Source of the DNA: Minisyncoccota bacterium
GTDB taxonomy: Bacteria; Patescibacteriota; Minisyncoccia; Phycocordibacterales; Phycocordibacteraceae
Assembly: GCA_018062765.1 (NCBI GenBank)
Contig: JAGORR010000001.1
Span: 570,485 to 634,484, forward strand
DNA: 64,000 nt
Direction of reading: 5' to 3'
The notes below the pieces were generated by a model. It was not told the DNA's origin, searched no databases, and saw only the letters and a program-made list of their open reading frames with translations. Of the stretch, positions 1 to 9,099 are shown one piece after another; positions within the stretch are counted from its first letter, which is position 1, and every line of letters starts with the position of its first letter. The position numbers and the translations under genes are program-made.

Positions 1-2
1 AT

Positions 3-254
3 CCGGGAACACAGGTCACAGCTGAGTGCAGCGGACCAGGTACCTACGCGTACTACGGAGACGCTAAGCATGTCTACTTCTATCAGGTGTGGAAGACCCC
101 TGATTTTAAGCACAGCAAAATAGAGATAATCTCTGACGAGCCAAAGGAGGCATTCGTATTCGTTTCTCCTACGAGCGCGCGCGCCGGCGACGAACTGTTT
201 GCGATTACGCCCATCTACGCAACCTCATCGTGCAGCTTCGACATAGCGGCCTAG
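3..254 (+). CDS. C-terminal fragment of a hypothetical protein (5' end outside window)
   Basis: Frame 3 is open from the window edge to TAG at 252-254. No recognisable motif. Followed by a strong terminator hairpin. Confidence 0.3.
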   Translation, partial: PGTQVTAECSGPGTYAYYGDAKHVYFYQVWKTPDFKHSKIEIISDEPKEAFVFVSPTSARAGDELFAITPIYATSSCSFDIAA

Positions 255-496
255 TATCGCGTCGAAGTCTCGACTTCTCCTAGTTCGTACACGTGTGCTT
301 CATTTGGTGAATGATATCAATCATAACGTTCTTGGGCGTTTATATGTCTTACGAAATTCGCTATGCGTGACCCTATGATCGACGAGGAAAAGAAGAAGCG
401 AGATCAGGAAGGTAACGAGGGCGCAGGGGCAGCCGATGAGGAGAGCGACCTGCCGGTAACGCCATAACCGATTCCTAGACGGTCAGCGCCACCTCT

Positions 497-533
497 AAAA
501 GCACACAGGACCCTCCGGGTCCTGTGTGCTTTT
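497..533. terminator. Perfect 17-bp stem hairpin flanked by an A-tract and a T-tract (bidirectional intrinsic terminator)
   Basis: AAAAGCACACAGGACCC-tcc-GGGTCCTGTGTGCTTTT. Lies between the upstream plus-strand ORF and the convergent GH18 gene. Confidence 0.6.
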
Positions 534-547
534 CGTGTTCGCGCGAT

Positions 548-1729
548 CTAAATATTCTTCCAGACTGCGGAATCCTCACCTCCATCAATCTTGAAAATCG
601 AGATACCGCGAAGCCCAAGCGAGCGCGCAAGCTCGGCCTTGTCTCCGACCGCCTCTCCATCACTCCACCACACCATATTGAAAGTCGCAGTCTTTCCGGT
701 TGCGTTCGCGTACGCGAGCGCTTTCGCCGCGACTTGGTTACCGGAAGGCGTTCCCGAAGGCGCCTTGTAGGAGCTGAGCTTCAGCTTCGATTTCTTCGGG
801 AGATACGTGTAGCTCATCTCGCCAGCAGCATTCCTCGAGGGGGTGACCTTTGCCTTCTTGGCCTGATCCTTCGCATACTTCGGATTCACCGACCAGAGCT
901 GTTTGTACCCCTGGTACCAGTCCGGCGAGACCGTGACCTCTACTTCGCGTCCGTAGGTTGCAACTCCGAGCATCATCTTCTCCTTTGGAATCACTTCCGT
1001 CATGAGACGCGCGACTTTCTCTACCCACAGAGGGTCCGCGACCGGGTAATAGGGCGCGCCCTGTCGCGCTTTGTTTGCCTTAAGGTCTGCGCGTTGCTGG
1101 TCGTACGTCATGACGTTCACGATGTCGCACACCTTCCCGATCACCGCGAGATCGTTTGCGTAGCGCAGGTTCCCCGGCACTACCGTATAGAGAGAGTCCG
1201 CAGGCGTGCGCGCCTCGATACTGCAGGAGAGAGTAATCTCCTTCCTGTGGAGCTCGGCCGAAAGTTCCGTAAGGAAAAGTGAAAAATACGGCATCGTATC
1301 AGCCTTTTTTCCTTCGTAGTCGATGTCGATGCCGTCATACTCGCCCTTCTCTGCCATCGCGACGATGGAAAGCACGTGTGCCTTGCGCTTCTCCGTGCTC
1401 GAAAGGATGTTATGTATATTCGTCGTGTCGCTCCACATCACCGTCGGAAAGACCTCGACCCCTGCCTTACGCGCGTCTGCGATAAAACGCTTTGGCGTAC
1501 TTTTCGATAGACCCATGAGGTCATTCAGGCTCCCGTCCTTTTTGACCGTGTATGCAAATAAGTACACGCGGTCGAGCTCATCAAAATGGCTTTTTGCATC
1601 CTTCATACCGTCTTTGGTCTCCCAGTACGGTATCCACCCGGCGACTTCCCCGTCAGCCGCGAGAGCGGTATGCGGCACAAAAACGCTCCCGAGTAGGACG
1701 AGAAGACCGAGTATAAAAGAGGTACGCAT
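548..1729 (-). CDS. Secreted glycoside hydrolase family 18 (chitinase-like) protein
   Basis: N-terminal signal peptide. GH18 catalytic motif DGIDIDYE. GWIPYWE motif. 393 aa. Confidence 0.8.
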   Translation of the reverse strand: MRTSFILGLLVLLGSVFVPHTALAADGEVAGWIPYWETKDGMKDAKSHFDELDRVYLFAYTVKKDGSLNDLMGLSKSTPKRFIADARKAGVEVFPTVMWSDTTNIHNILSSTEKRKAHVLSIVAMAEKGEYDGIDIDYEGKKADTMPYFSLFLTELSAELHRKEITLSCSIEARTPADSLYTVVPGNLRYANDLAVIGKVCDIVNVMTYDQQRADLKANKARQGAPYYPVADPLWVEKVARLMTEVIPKEKMMLGVATYGREVEVTVSPDWYQGYKQLWSVNPKYAKDQAKKAKVTPSRNAAGEMSYTYLPKKSKLKLSSYKAPSGTPSGNQVAAKALAYANATGKTATFNMVWWSDGEAVGDKAELARSLGLRGISIFKIDGGEDSAVWKNI

Positions 1730-1789
1730 ATAGGTACTAGTATTCTAACCGTTTTGGATTTTGCGAGCGAATCGCGCTAGGCTCCGCGT

Positions 1790-2596
1790 ATGCGCCGCCA
1801 TATCACGCTGTGGAAACCCGTCGGGGCTACTCCTTTGGAGACGGTCGAGGGGTGGCGCAGATTACAGCCTGAGCTCACTCATACTCCGCTTACCTATGCG
1901 GGTCGGCTCGACCCGATGGCCGATGGAAAGCTCCTCGTGCTCGTGGGCGAGGAGTGCAAGCGGCAGCGAGCATATATGGGCCTCGACAAGGAGTACGAGG
2001 TCGATGTGTTGTTTGGCTTTGAGAGCGATACGAGTGATATCCTCGGGCTCATCGAGCGAAACCCTCTAGCGACTCACCCTGGGGAGCGCGAGATACAGAG
2101 AGTGCTCGCCGAGGAGTGCGGCACCAAACGCCTTCCGTACCCGGCATTCTCCTCAAAAACAGTTGGTGGCGTTCCGCTTTTTATGCACGCATTGGAGGGC
2201 ACGCTCGCCACCATAGAGATACCTACGCATGACGAAACCATTTATCGCGCGACCCTACTCAAAACGCGAACGGTAGCAGCAGCCAATCTGCTTAAAGATA
2301 TAGAGGCGCGTATTGCAGAGGTGACCTATGACCCCGACCCGCGCAAATCGATGGGTGCTGACTTCCGCCGGGCGGATATTCGCGAGCGCTGGAAAAAGGC
2401 GCTCGATGATTCGAACGAAACGTATGTAATCGCACGCATCCGAGTTACTGCCGCCTCGGGTACCTACATGCGGAGTCTCGCCGCACGTCTTGGAAACTCA
2501 CTTGGGACTAACGCGCTCGCTTTCTCGATAACCAGAACACGTATCGGACGTTACCAGCCCCTTGGCCCCTGGGGCTTTTGGCGCCATTCTTACTGA
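1790..2596 (+). CDS. truB: tRNA pseudouridine synthase, TruB-like
   Basis: GRLDPMADGKLLVLVGEECK matches the TruB family motif G(T/R)LDPxAxGxL...GEAtK. 268 aa. Confidence 0.55.
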   Translation: MRRHITLWKPVGATPLETVEGWRRLQPELTHTPLTYAGRLDPMADGKLLVLVGEECKRQRAYMGLDKEYEVDVLFGFESDTSDILGLIERNPLATHPGEREIQRVLAEECGTKRLPYPAFSSKTVGGVPLFMHALEGTLATIEIPTHDETIYRATLLKTRTVAAANLLKDIEARIAEVTYDPDPRKSMGADFRRADIRERWKKALDDSNETYVIARIRVTAASGTYMRSLAARLGNSLGTNALAFSITRTRIGRYQPLGPWGFWRHSY

Positions 2597-2717
2597 TTGA
2601 CATTTGACCCCCGGTATGCCATCCTAGAGGGGTCAACTCAGCGCTGATCCAGAGGTACGGGATCGACTGACCCTCCAGCCCACTCGAGTTTGATACTTAC
2701 CACTACATTCCAAACTC

Positions 2718-2918
2718 ATGCAGCAAGGAACTATCGCCCGCGTCACCGATAAGGGATTCGGGTTCATCGCAATCGAGGGTGCGGAGAAGGATCTCTTCTT
2801 CCACTCCAACGAGCTCGTCAACGTTCGCTTTGACGACCTCCGCGAAGGCGACAAGGTAGAGTTCGAGGTCGGCGAGAGCCCTAAGGGCCCTAACGCGATC
2901 AAGGTCTCTAAGATCTAA
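2718..2918 (+). CDS. csp: Cold-shock protein (CspA family)
   Basis: 66 aa. RNP motifs KGFGFI and VFFH-like. ~120-nt 5' leader typical of csp genes. Confidence 0.9.
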   Translation: MQQGTIARVTDKGFGFIAIEGAEKDLFFHSNELVNVRFDDLREGDKVEFEVGESPKGPNAIKVSKI

Positions 2919-2932
2919 ATCGAACCTAACGT

Positions 2933-2964
2933 AAACGCCGGCAGCCCAAGGGTTGCCGGCGTTT
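2933..2964. terminator. Hairpin terminator downstream of csp
   Basis: AAACGCCGGCA-gcccaagggt-TGCCGGCGTTT followed by a T-rich run. Confidence 0.5.
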
Positions 2965-3003
2965 ACGCATATGCATTTGTCCCTTTACCGCTATACTCCC
3001 CCT

Positions 3004-3720
3004 ATGAAAGCCCGCAAGCATGCGAAACGGATAATTGATGCGCCGCGCCCGCAGGGTACTCTGCGGCTTAATGTCCGTATGCGTGACATGGGGCTTGCCT
3101 CGCGTCGCGAAGCCGATGCCCTCATCGAAAGCGGCAAGGTCTATGTCAACGGAAAGCGAGCGGCGCTCGGTACCCCTGTAGTCGAAAGCGACACTATTGA
3201 AGTACGCGGCAAAACCAAAGACCTAGTCTATTTGGCCTATCACAAAGCACGGGGACTTCCGACTCAGGGGGAAGCTGGTGAGGACAGTGTTGTTACCCGC
3301 TTTGCAGCAGATGGCATCTCTCCGGTCGGTCGACTCGATAAGGACTCATCAGGACTTCTCATCCTTACGAACGACGGGCTCGCAACAGCCAAAGTCCTTG
3401 GCGACGACATTGAGAAGGAATACTTGGTTACGACCAAGGAAGCCATACGCGCAGGTATCCCAGCGATATTTGCTAAGGGTATGGATACGCGCGCATTCGG
3501 TACGCTGCGACCAGCGAAAGCTACCTTGGTAAATGAACGAAAACTACGCATCACCCTTCTTGAGGGGAAAAAGCACCAGGTGCGCGTCATGCTCGCCGAG
3601 CTCGGACTCACGGTATCAGAACTCGTGCGCACACGCGTCGGAGGTGTCCTCCTTGGAAAGCTTCCAAAGGGTCAGGCGCGCGAGCTTACCGTGACCGAGC
3701 GTGCTTCGCTTTCGCTCTAG
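3004..3720 (+). CDS. rRNA pseudouridine synthase (RsuA/RluB family, S4 domain)
   Basis: N-terminal S4-like region. Catalytic motif PVGRLDKDSSGLLILTNDG. The ORF track begins at 2953, but MKARK at 3004 is the more plausible start. Confidence 0.75.
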   Translation: MKARKHAKRIIDAPRPQGTLRLNVRMRDMGLASRREADALIESGKVYVNGKRAALGTPVVESDTIEVRGKTKDLVYLAYHKARGLPTQGEAGEDSVVTRFAADGISPVGRLDKDSSGLLILTNDGLATAKVLGDDIEKEYLVTTKEAIRAGIPAIFAKGMDTRAFGTLRPAKATLVNERKLRITLLEGKKHQVRVMLAELGLTVSELVRTRVGGVLLGKLPKGQARELTVTERASLSL

Positions 3721-4162
3721 CCTTCGCTTTGCGGATGCGTCCCATCCTTCCCTTCCCTTCGCGACACGCATCACACCGGCATCCGCCGCCAGGCAGGATG
3801 TATTCATTGAAATAATCAGTGTCGTAGTCGTAATTCAACTCCTCCCCCTCGCGAATGGCTCGGCGCGAGAATACGTAGACACGTTCCTTCCTAATCTCGA
3901 TGACGCAGTTAGGGCGGCAGGAATGGTTGATGTAGCCCGCCTTATTATCGCGCGGCTTTCCGTCGATAGTCTTTCTTTTTGAAACCTCGAACAGGTATTT
4001 ACTATTGCTCGTCTCTTCTTCCTCCTTGGATACGACGCGCCCTACATACTCAATGACGCAGACGTCCTTAGGTATCGCCTCGCCTGCAAATAACCCAAGA
4101 CCCGCTCGTGAGCGACCCACCCGCAACGAAAAACCACCCGGCTCAAACTTGCTTTTCTTCAT
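3686..4162 (-). CDS. SET-domain protein (lysine methyltransferase fold) with Cys-rich post-SET
   Basis: NHSCRPNC motif. ELNYDYD. C-terminal CRCDAC. Lys/Arg-rich tail. 158 aa. Confidence 0.75.
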   Translation of the reverse strand: MKKSKFEPGGFSLRVGRSRAGLGLFAGEAIPKDVCVIEYVGRVVSKEEEETSNSKYLFEVSKRKTIDGKPRDNKAGYINHSCRPNCVIEIRKERVYVFSRRAIREGEELNYDYDTDYFNEYILPGGGCRCDACREGKGRMGRIRKAKARAKAKHARSR

Positions 4163-4165
4163 ACC

Positions 4166-4555
4166 CTACCAGAACAGCTTCTGCGCCTTCTCAACCGCCT
4201 CAAGACCCGCCATACAATCCTTCTTGCCGTCTATTTCCGGGCTTGCTTTGTATGCACCCTCAATACCGTCAAGAAGATTAAGCTTGTGCGTGACGTCGAT
4301 ACCCTGCGTTTCGATATAACGCCTAATGTCCCGGAGCGCCGCCATGGTGTAGGTAAATGTGAAATGCTCAGGCGGTATGGCGCGGGCGCCGCTTGGAGAC
4401 TCTCCCGACTCTGCCTCATAGGGCTTCGGGTCGTCCGGCTCCGGATGTACACGTGTCTCTATATTCTCGAGGTCGCGATTACTTCCCTGTGCGCTCTGCC
4501 TCTTCAATCGCTCCGCGTCGAGCGACACAATTTTCCTCGGGTTTTCTGCTGACAT
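4166..4555 (-). CDS. Hypothetical protein, operon partner of the SET protein
   Basis: 129 aa ORF. 3-nt gap to the SET gene and 3-nt gap to the upstream gene. Confidence 0.4.
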   Translation of the reverse strand: MSAENPRKIVSLDAERLKRQSAQGSNRDLENIETRVHPEPDDPKPYEAESGESPSGARAIPPEHFTFTYTMAALRDIRRYIETQGIDVTHKLNLLDGIEGAYKASPEIDGKKDCMAGLEAVEKAQKLFW

Positions 4556-4558
4556 GGC

Positions 4559-5215
4559 CTAGATTTTAGCACGCCCCGTTCGCGCACGCCTCGCCCCGCG
4601 AGGAGTTTTCTCCCATTCTATGAGTCTGCCGGCCGACAACTCCATCGGATCCGCCCTACGTATGAACCGCGCATTCCCTGTCGGCACTAATGCGGTATGA
4701 GGGAGCGTATCGAGCTTCTCGTCTAACCAGAACAGGTCTTCCTCACTCGTAATCCACCCGTCACCAAGGCGCGAAAGATCGAAAGGCTTCGAGAAGGAGA
4801 GCAGCGTCTTTCGACCTGTCGTGTTAAGGAACCACTCGTGAAAATACGAGAGCGCAAGCGCCTTAAGGCTCGGATACACCGGGTCACGAAATCGTATGGT
4901 CGCGTGATTGGTTTTGGAGACCGCACCCCAATGCCCGTTCTCCTTGTAGAGCGCGATGACGTGATCGAAATCGCCACGTTTCGCGCGCAGGTCCATGAGA
5001 AGCGGCGGGCGGCCGTGCATCCAGAAGGCGGTTGCAGCGACGAGGGCCCCCTCGATGCAGTGCGCGCGATTCTCGCGAAGTACACGACGTGGGGACAGGT
5101 GAGTATCACCGCCAGGCTCGAAGTTGAGCGGGATGGCGTCGAGAAAATCCTGCACCTTGATAGGCGTATTGAGCTTCCGAAGCGCACGTTCCTCCGATTT
5201 CGTTAGATTGAACAC
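4559..5215 (-). CDS. Hypothetical protein with a possible transglutaminase/papain-like Cys-His core
   Basis: 218 aa. AHCIEGALVAATAFW, followed by DHVIAL and GHWGAV, resembles the Cys then His(W) order of TGase-like folds. Unverified. Confidence 0.4.
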   Translation of the reverse strand: MFNLTKSEERALRKLNTPIKVQDFLDAIPLNFEPGGDTHLSPRRVLRENRAHCIEGALVAATAFWMHGRPPLLMDLRAKRGDFDHVIALYKENGHWGAVSKTNHATIRFRDPVYPSLKALALSYFHEWFLNTTGRKTLLSFSKPFDLSRLGDGWITSEEDLFWLDEKLDTLPHTALVPTGNARFIRRADPMELSAGRLIEWEKTPRGARRARTGRAKI

Positions 5216-5292
5216 TCCTAGAGTCTACCAACACGAAGGTATCTTGCGCGACGCGACGCCCGCGGGCGCGCCCTGCTGTCCGAGGGTGCATT

Positions 5293-6213
5293 TTGCATAT
5301 CCCGCTACAGACAGGCACAATGTCCCCTATGAAATCAGCGACGGCTCCCCTTTGGGTTCCCCTCCTGCTTGGTCTCGTTATCGCGCTCCTAGGGGCCGGA
5401 GGGGCGTATGGCTACACCCGCTACGAAGACCTGGAGACCAGCTTCGCATCATCTACCGAAAGGTATGACGCTCAAATTGCCGTGCTTAACACAAAGCTCA
5501 AGGAGGCGGAGCAGACAAACGAGGAATTGCATTCGGGACTCACAACCGAGAAGAGCAAGAACGACGCGTTCGCGAAGGAAATCGGCGAGATATCAGGGAC
5601 CGTAAAGGTACTCGATAAGCTCGCGAAGACCGACCCTGAACTCCTTGCTAAATACTCGAAGGTTTTCTTCCTGAACGAGAATTATGCGCCACCTCGGCTT
5701 GCGACCATTCCAAAGTCCATGACCTATGACGAGTCACGGACATTCGAATTCCACGCAGACGCCATAGACCATCTGAAGGACATGATTGAGGATGCGGAGG
5801 ATGACGACGTGAAGCTCTATGTCGCATCCGCCTTTCGTTCGTTCGATGAACAGGCAGGACTCAAGTCCGGCTATCGTATTACCTACGGTGCGGGCGCAAA
5901 TGCCTTCTCTGCTGACCAGGGATATTCCGAACACCAGCTTGGGACAACGGTCGACTTTACGACAACCGGCATCGGAGGCGGCCTGGTCACCGCCTTTGAC
6001 ACGACGCCTGCCTACGAGTGGCTCACTAAGAATGCTCACAAGTACGGATTCGTACTCTCCTACCCTAAAGGAAATGCATACTATATCTATGAGCCATGGC
6101 ACTGGCGCTATGTCGGCGTCGAACTTGCAGAGGATCTCGACGATGATGGTAAGCGTTTCTACGACCTCGACCAGCGCGAGATAGACGAATATCTCGTATC
6201 TATCTTCGACTAG
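5293..6213 (+). CDS. VanY-like D-Ala-D-Ala carboxypeptidase (peptidase M15/LAS family), membrane anchored
   Basis: SAFRSFDEQ, SEHQLGTTVDF and EPWHWRYVG motifs. N-terminal TM/signal. Coiled-coil linker. Confidence 0.75.
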   Translation: MHIPLQTGTMSPMKSATAPLWVPLLLGLVIALLGAGGAYGYTRYEDLETSFASSTERYDAQIAVLNTKLKEAEQTNEELHSGLTTEKSKNDAFAKEIGEISGTVKVLDKLAKTDPELLAKYSKVFFLNENYAPPRLATIPKSMTYDESRTFEFHADAIDHLKDMIEDAEDDDVKLYVASAFRSFDEQAGLKSGYRITYGAGANAFSADQGYSEHQLGTTVDFTTTGIGGGLVTAFDTTPAYEWLTKNAHKYGFVLSYPKGNAYYIYEPWHWRYVGVELAEDLDDDGKRFYDLDQREIDEYLVSIFD

Positions 6214-6255
6214 CCTTTCATTGACTCTCCATCCGCACAGGCTACCATCGCGGTA

Positions 6256-8334
6256 ATGGACTACCGCCTGGTCTTCCCCGAGGACCTCTCCCCTACCATC
6301 ACCCGCTCTCAATGGGTGCCATTTGGGGTGCTCTTTATCGCTACCTTTGTCGCAGCCTACGCAGGCGTATATCTCTATCAAGAGGGCAACACATTCCCCG
6401 GCATTATTTGGCCTACGGCAGGGGTCGCGATGGCCGGACTCATACTCGGTGGGCGCAAGCTCTGGCCCGCAATTACCGCCGCCACGTTTCTCGCGTCATT
6501 TGCAGCGGGGACGCCGCTACTCTCCGCACTCTTCATGTGCGTCGCGCATACGCTGAAGGCGATATTTGGAGCATGGATTCTCGACCGTCTCGGATTCAAC
6601 TTCCTGATTTCGAGGCTCCGTGATGCGCTTGCCGTACTTGTTGCAGCGTCGATACCAACAATAATCGTCCCGACATTCGGCGCAATCAATCGTATCTACC
6701 TTACCGACACGCTCGAATGGAATGAGTTTTGGGACGTCTGGGGCCCTCTGTGGATTGGCCAGATTGCCTCTGTCATCGTGCTCACGCCGTTCATCGTGCG
6801 CTGGCTGTCTCGCGCAAAATTCACTCGTTCGAGAGCTGAGCTTCTCGAAATCACCGGAGCATTTGTGCTTCTCTTTGCGGTCGGCTACATCATCTACCTT
6901 ACGGAATACACTGCCGTTTTCAGGGTACCCCTCAATTACCTCATCCTCGTCCCGTTCATCTGGATCGCGCTCCGCATCGGTCCACGATTTATGACAGTCG
7001 CAATATTCGTAAACGCTGTCTTTCAACTAGCAGGCGCTGCTGCGGGCCTGTCTGGGCAGTACATGGGAACCATGGGAGAGCGCATTTTCCAGGCAGAGTT
7101 ACAGATCATTATTATCTCCTTCATATTCCTCGTACTCGCCGCAATTGCGGAGGAGCGTAAGGACATCGCGAAGGACCTTGCAAAGCAAATAAAGCGAATC
7201 AGGACCGCTAACCAGCGCATCAAGGATGCGGGTAAAGCGAAAAACCAGTTCATCGCGATACTCGCGCATGAACTACGAAATCCCTTGGCTCCTATCGTCT
7301 CCTCACTGGAGCTCATTCGGCTCGAAGGGGTTCCGGAAAAATCTGCCAGGTGGTTTGAAACCATAGAGTCCCACACGCAGTCCATGCGCCGTCTCTTGGA
7401 TGACTTTCTGGATGTTGCGCGTATCACTGAGCGGAAATTCCGGCTCGAAAAGGAGGAATGCGACCTCCGTCACATTGTCGGGCTCTCCCTCTCCTCCGCG
7501 CTCCCGATGATTGAAAGCCGCAATCACACGCTTTCCTACGACGCACCGCCAAGCCCCATCATGGCAAATGTTGATCCGGTCCGAGTCGAACAGGCCGTGG
7601 TAAACCTGCTTAACAATGCTGCGCGCTATACCGAGCCTGGCGGCACTATCACTCTTACTCTGCGCCCTGAGGGAGACGAGGCATTTATATCGGTAAAGGA
7701 TACGGGAATAGGCATAGACCCTCAAATGCAAACTCGCATCTTCGAGGCTTTTGTACAGGGAAAGTCTGGGAAGGCTGGGAATAAGGGACTTGGCATCGGT
7801 CTTTCCTTGACTAAGGAGCTCATACACATGCATGACGGTGTCATCGTTGCGATGAGCGATGGATTAGGCCGCGGAAGCGAGTTCATCATTCGTTTACCTT
7901 TGCTCCGTACAATGAGTAACTCTATGCTTACTGAATCACCTATGACTACCCCGGCCGCCCCTACCCCGACCTCTGCGTCGCACCGGATTCTTATTGTGGA
8001 CGATAACGAAGCTGCTGCTGAAGGCCTCGGAAGACTCCTTGAGTATCGAGGTCACACGGTGCGCCTCGCGTATACGGGCGAGGCCGCTCTCAGGGCTGTG
8101 AAGGAGGAGGCGCCGGAGGTCATCGTGCTTGATATTGGACTCCCGGATAAGGACGGCTACGAGGTAGCCTCGGAACTCAGGGAGCGGCTTAAGTTTTCTG
8201 GCACCCTGGTCGCCCTTACTGGCTACGGGCAGTACGAGGACCGTGAGGCGGCTAAGGAGGCCGGGTTCGACCTGCACCTCACAAAACCCGTCGGACTCCG
8301 TGAGATAGAGTCTGTGCTCTCGCACCTTCCCTAG
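6256..8334 (+). CDS. Hybrid sensor histidine kinase (MASE1-like membrane domain, HisKA, HATPase_c, C-terminal receiver)
   Basis: ~300 aa polytopic N-terminus. H-box AILAHELRNPLAPI. G-boxes. C-terminal REC ILIVDDN...VLDIGLPDKDG. Confidence 0.8.
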   Translation: MDYRLVFPEDLSPTITRSQWVPFGVLFIATFVAAYAGVYLYQEGNTFPGIIWPTAGVAMAGLILGGRKLWPAITAATFLASFAAGTPLLSALFMCVAHTLKAIFGAWILDRLGFNFLISRLRDALAVLVAASIPTIIVPTFGAINRIYLTDTLEWNEFWDVWGPLWIGQIASVIVLTPFIVRWLSRAKFTRSRAELLEITGAFVLLFAVGYIIYLTEYTAVFRVPLNYLILVPFIWIALRIGPRFMTVAIFVNAVFQLAGAAAGLSGQYMGTMGERIFQAELQIIIISFIFLVLAAIAEERKDIAKDLAKQIKRIRTANQRIKDAGKAKNQFIAILAHELRNPLAPIVSSLELIRLEGVPEKSARWFETIESHTQSMRRLLDDFLDVARITERKFRLEKEECDLRHIVGLSLSSALPMIESRNHTLSYDAPPSPIMANVDPVRVEQAVVNLLNNAARYTEPGGTITLTLRPEGDEAFISVKDTGIGIDPQMQTRIFEAFVQGKSGKAGNKGLGIGLSLTKELIHMHDGVIVAMSDGLGRGSEFIIRLPLLRTMSNSMLTESPMTTPAAPTPTSASHRILIVDDNEAAAEGLGRLLEYRGHTVRLAYTGEAALRAVKEEAPEVIVLDIGLPDKDGYEVASELRERLKFSGTLVALTGYGQYEDREAAKEAGFDLHLTKPVGLREIESVLSHLP

Positions 8335-8345
8335 GGCGTACCTGC

Positions 8346-8368
8346 TCATGAAGACGCTTCATGAAGAC
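8346..8368. promoter_or_regulatory. Direct repeat TCATGAAGAC-gct-TCATGAAGAC (also contains palindrome TCATGAAG-acg-CTTCATGA) upstream of the response regulator
   Basis: Seen in sequence 57-79 nt upstream of the 8425 ATG. Candidate operator for an OmpR-type regulator. Confidence 0.3.
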
Positions 8369-8424
8369 TTCACCCCCTAAAGGCCACTATCTACACTGTT
8401 CGGTTATCAGCTAACTTCCTACTC

Positions 8425-9099
8425 ATGCGTGTACTGGTTATCGAGGACGAGACAAAACTCGCCGATGTACTTTCCGAGGGGCTCACAAAGAAGGGCTTCG
8501 CCGTAGATCGTATCGAGGATGGCGAGGAGGCTTTAAACCGACTTTCCTTGCACCGCTCCGACTACGACCTCGTCATTCTCGACCTTATGCTCCCCTCCTT
8601 GTCGGGAGACGAGGTGTGCCGCCAGGCCCGCGAGCGCGGAGTCACTACCCCGATACTCATTCTGACGGCTCGCGGCGAGACGGAAACGAAGGTCGACCTG
8701 CTCCTGTCGGGAGCAGACGATTACCTCGTAAAACCGTTCTCATTCGACGAGCTCCTGGCACGCATCCATGCGCTTTCGCGACGCCCTAAGGAATCGAAGC
8801 CGACAATCCTAACAGCCGGAGACATCGAACTTAATCCGGCGGAACACCGTGTAACGCGCGCCGGTAAAGAAATCGAGCTCACGCTCAAGGAGTTCATGCT
8901 GCTTGAGTACTTCATGCAGCGACCGGGCGAAGTCGTCAATCGCGAGGACCTTCTGACGCATCTCTGGGATTTCAATTACGAATCGTTCAGTAATGTGATC
9001 GACGTCCATGTCAAAAACCTCCGCAAGAAGCTCGATGACGGCAGCGGCGAAACGCTCCTCGAGACGGTTCGTGGGATCGGTTACCGATTTCGCGCGTAG
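8425..9099 (+). CDS. OmpR-family response regulator (REC plus winged helix)
   Basis: MRVLVIEDE...DLVILDLMLP...LTAR...DDYLVKPF, and a C-terminal trans_reg_C region. Confidence 0.85.
   Translation: MRVLVIEDETKLADVLSEGLTKKGFAVDRIEDGEEALNRLSLHRSDYDLVILDLMLPSLSGDEVCRQARERGVTTPILILTARGETETKVDLLLSGADDYLVKPFSFDELLARIHALSRRPKESKPTILTAGDIELNPAEHRVTRAGKEIELTLKEFMLLEYFMQRPGEVVNREDLLTHLWDFNYESFSNVIDVHVKNLRKKLDDGSGETLLETVRGIGYRFRA

Noticed and set aside
2597-2717. TTGACA at 2597 as the csp promoter -35
   Set aside because: No acceptable -10 hexamer at 16-19 nt spacing. The region is more likely a structured csp 5' UTR, so the promoter is not called.
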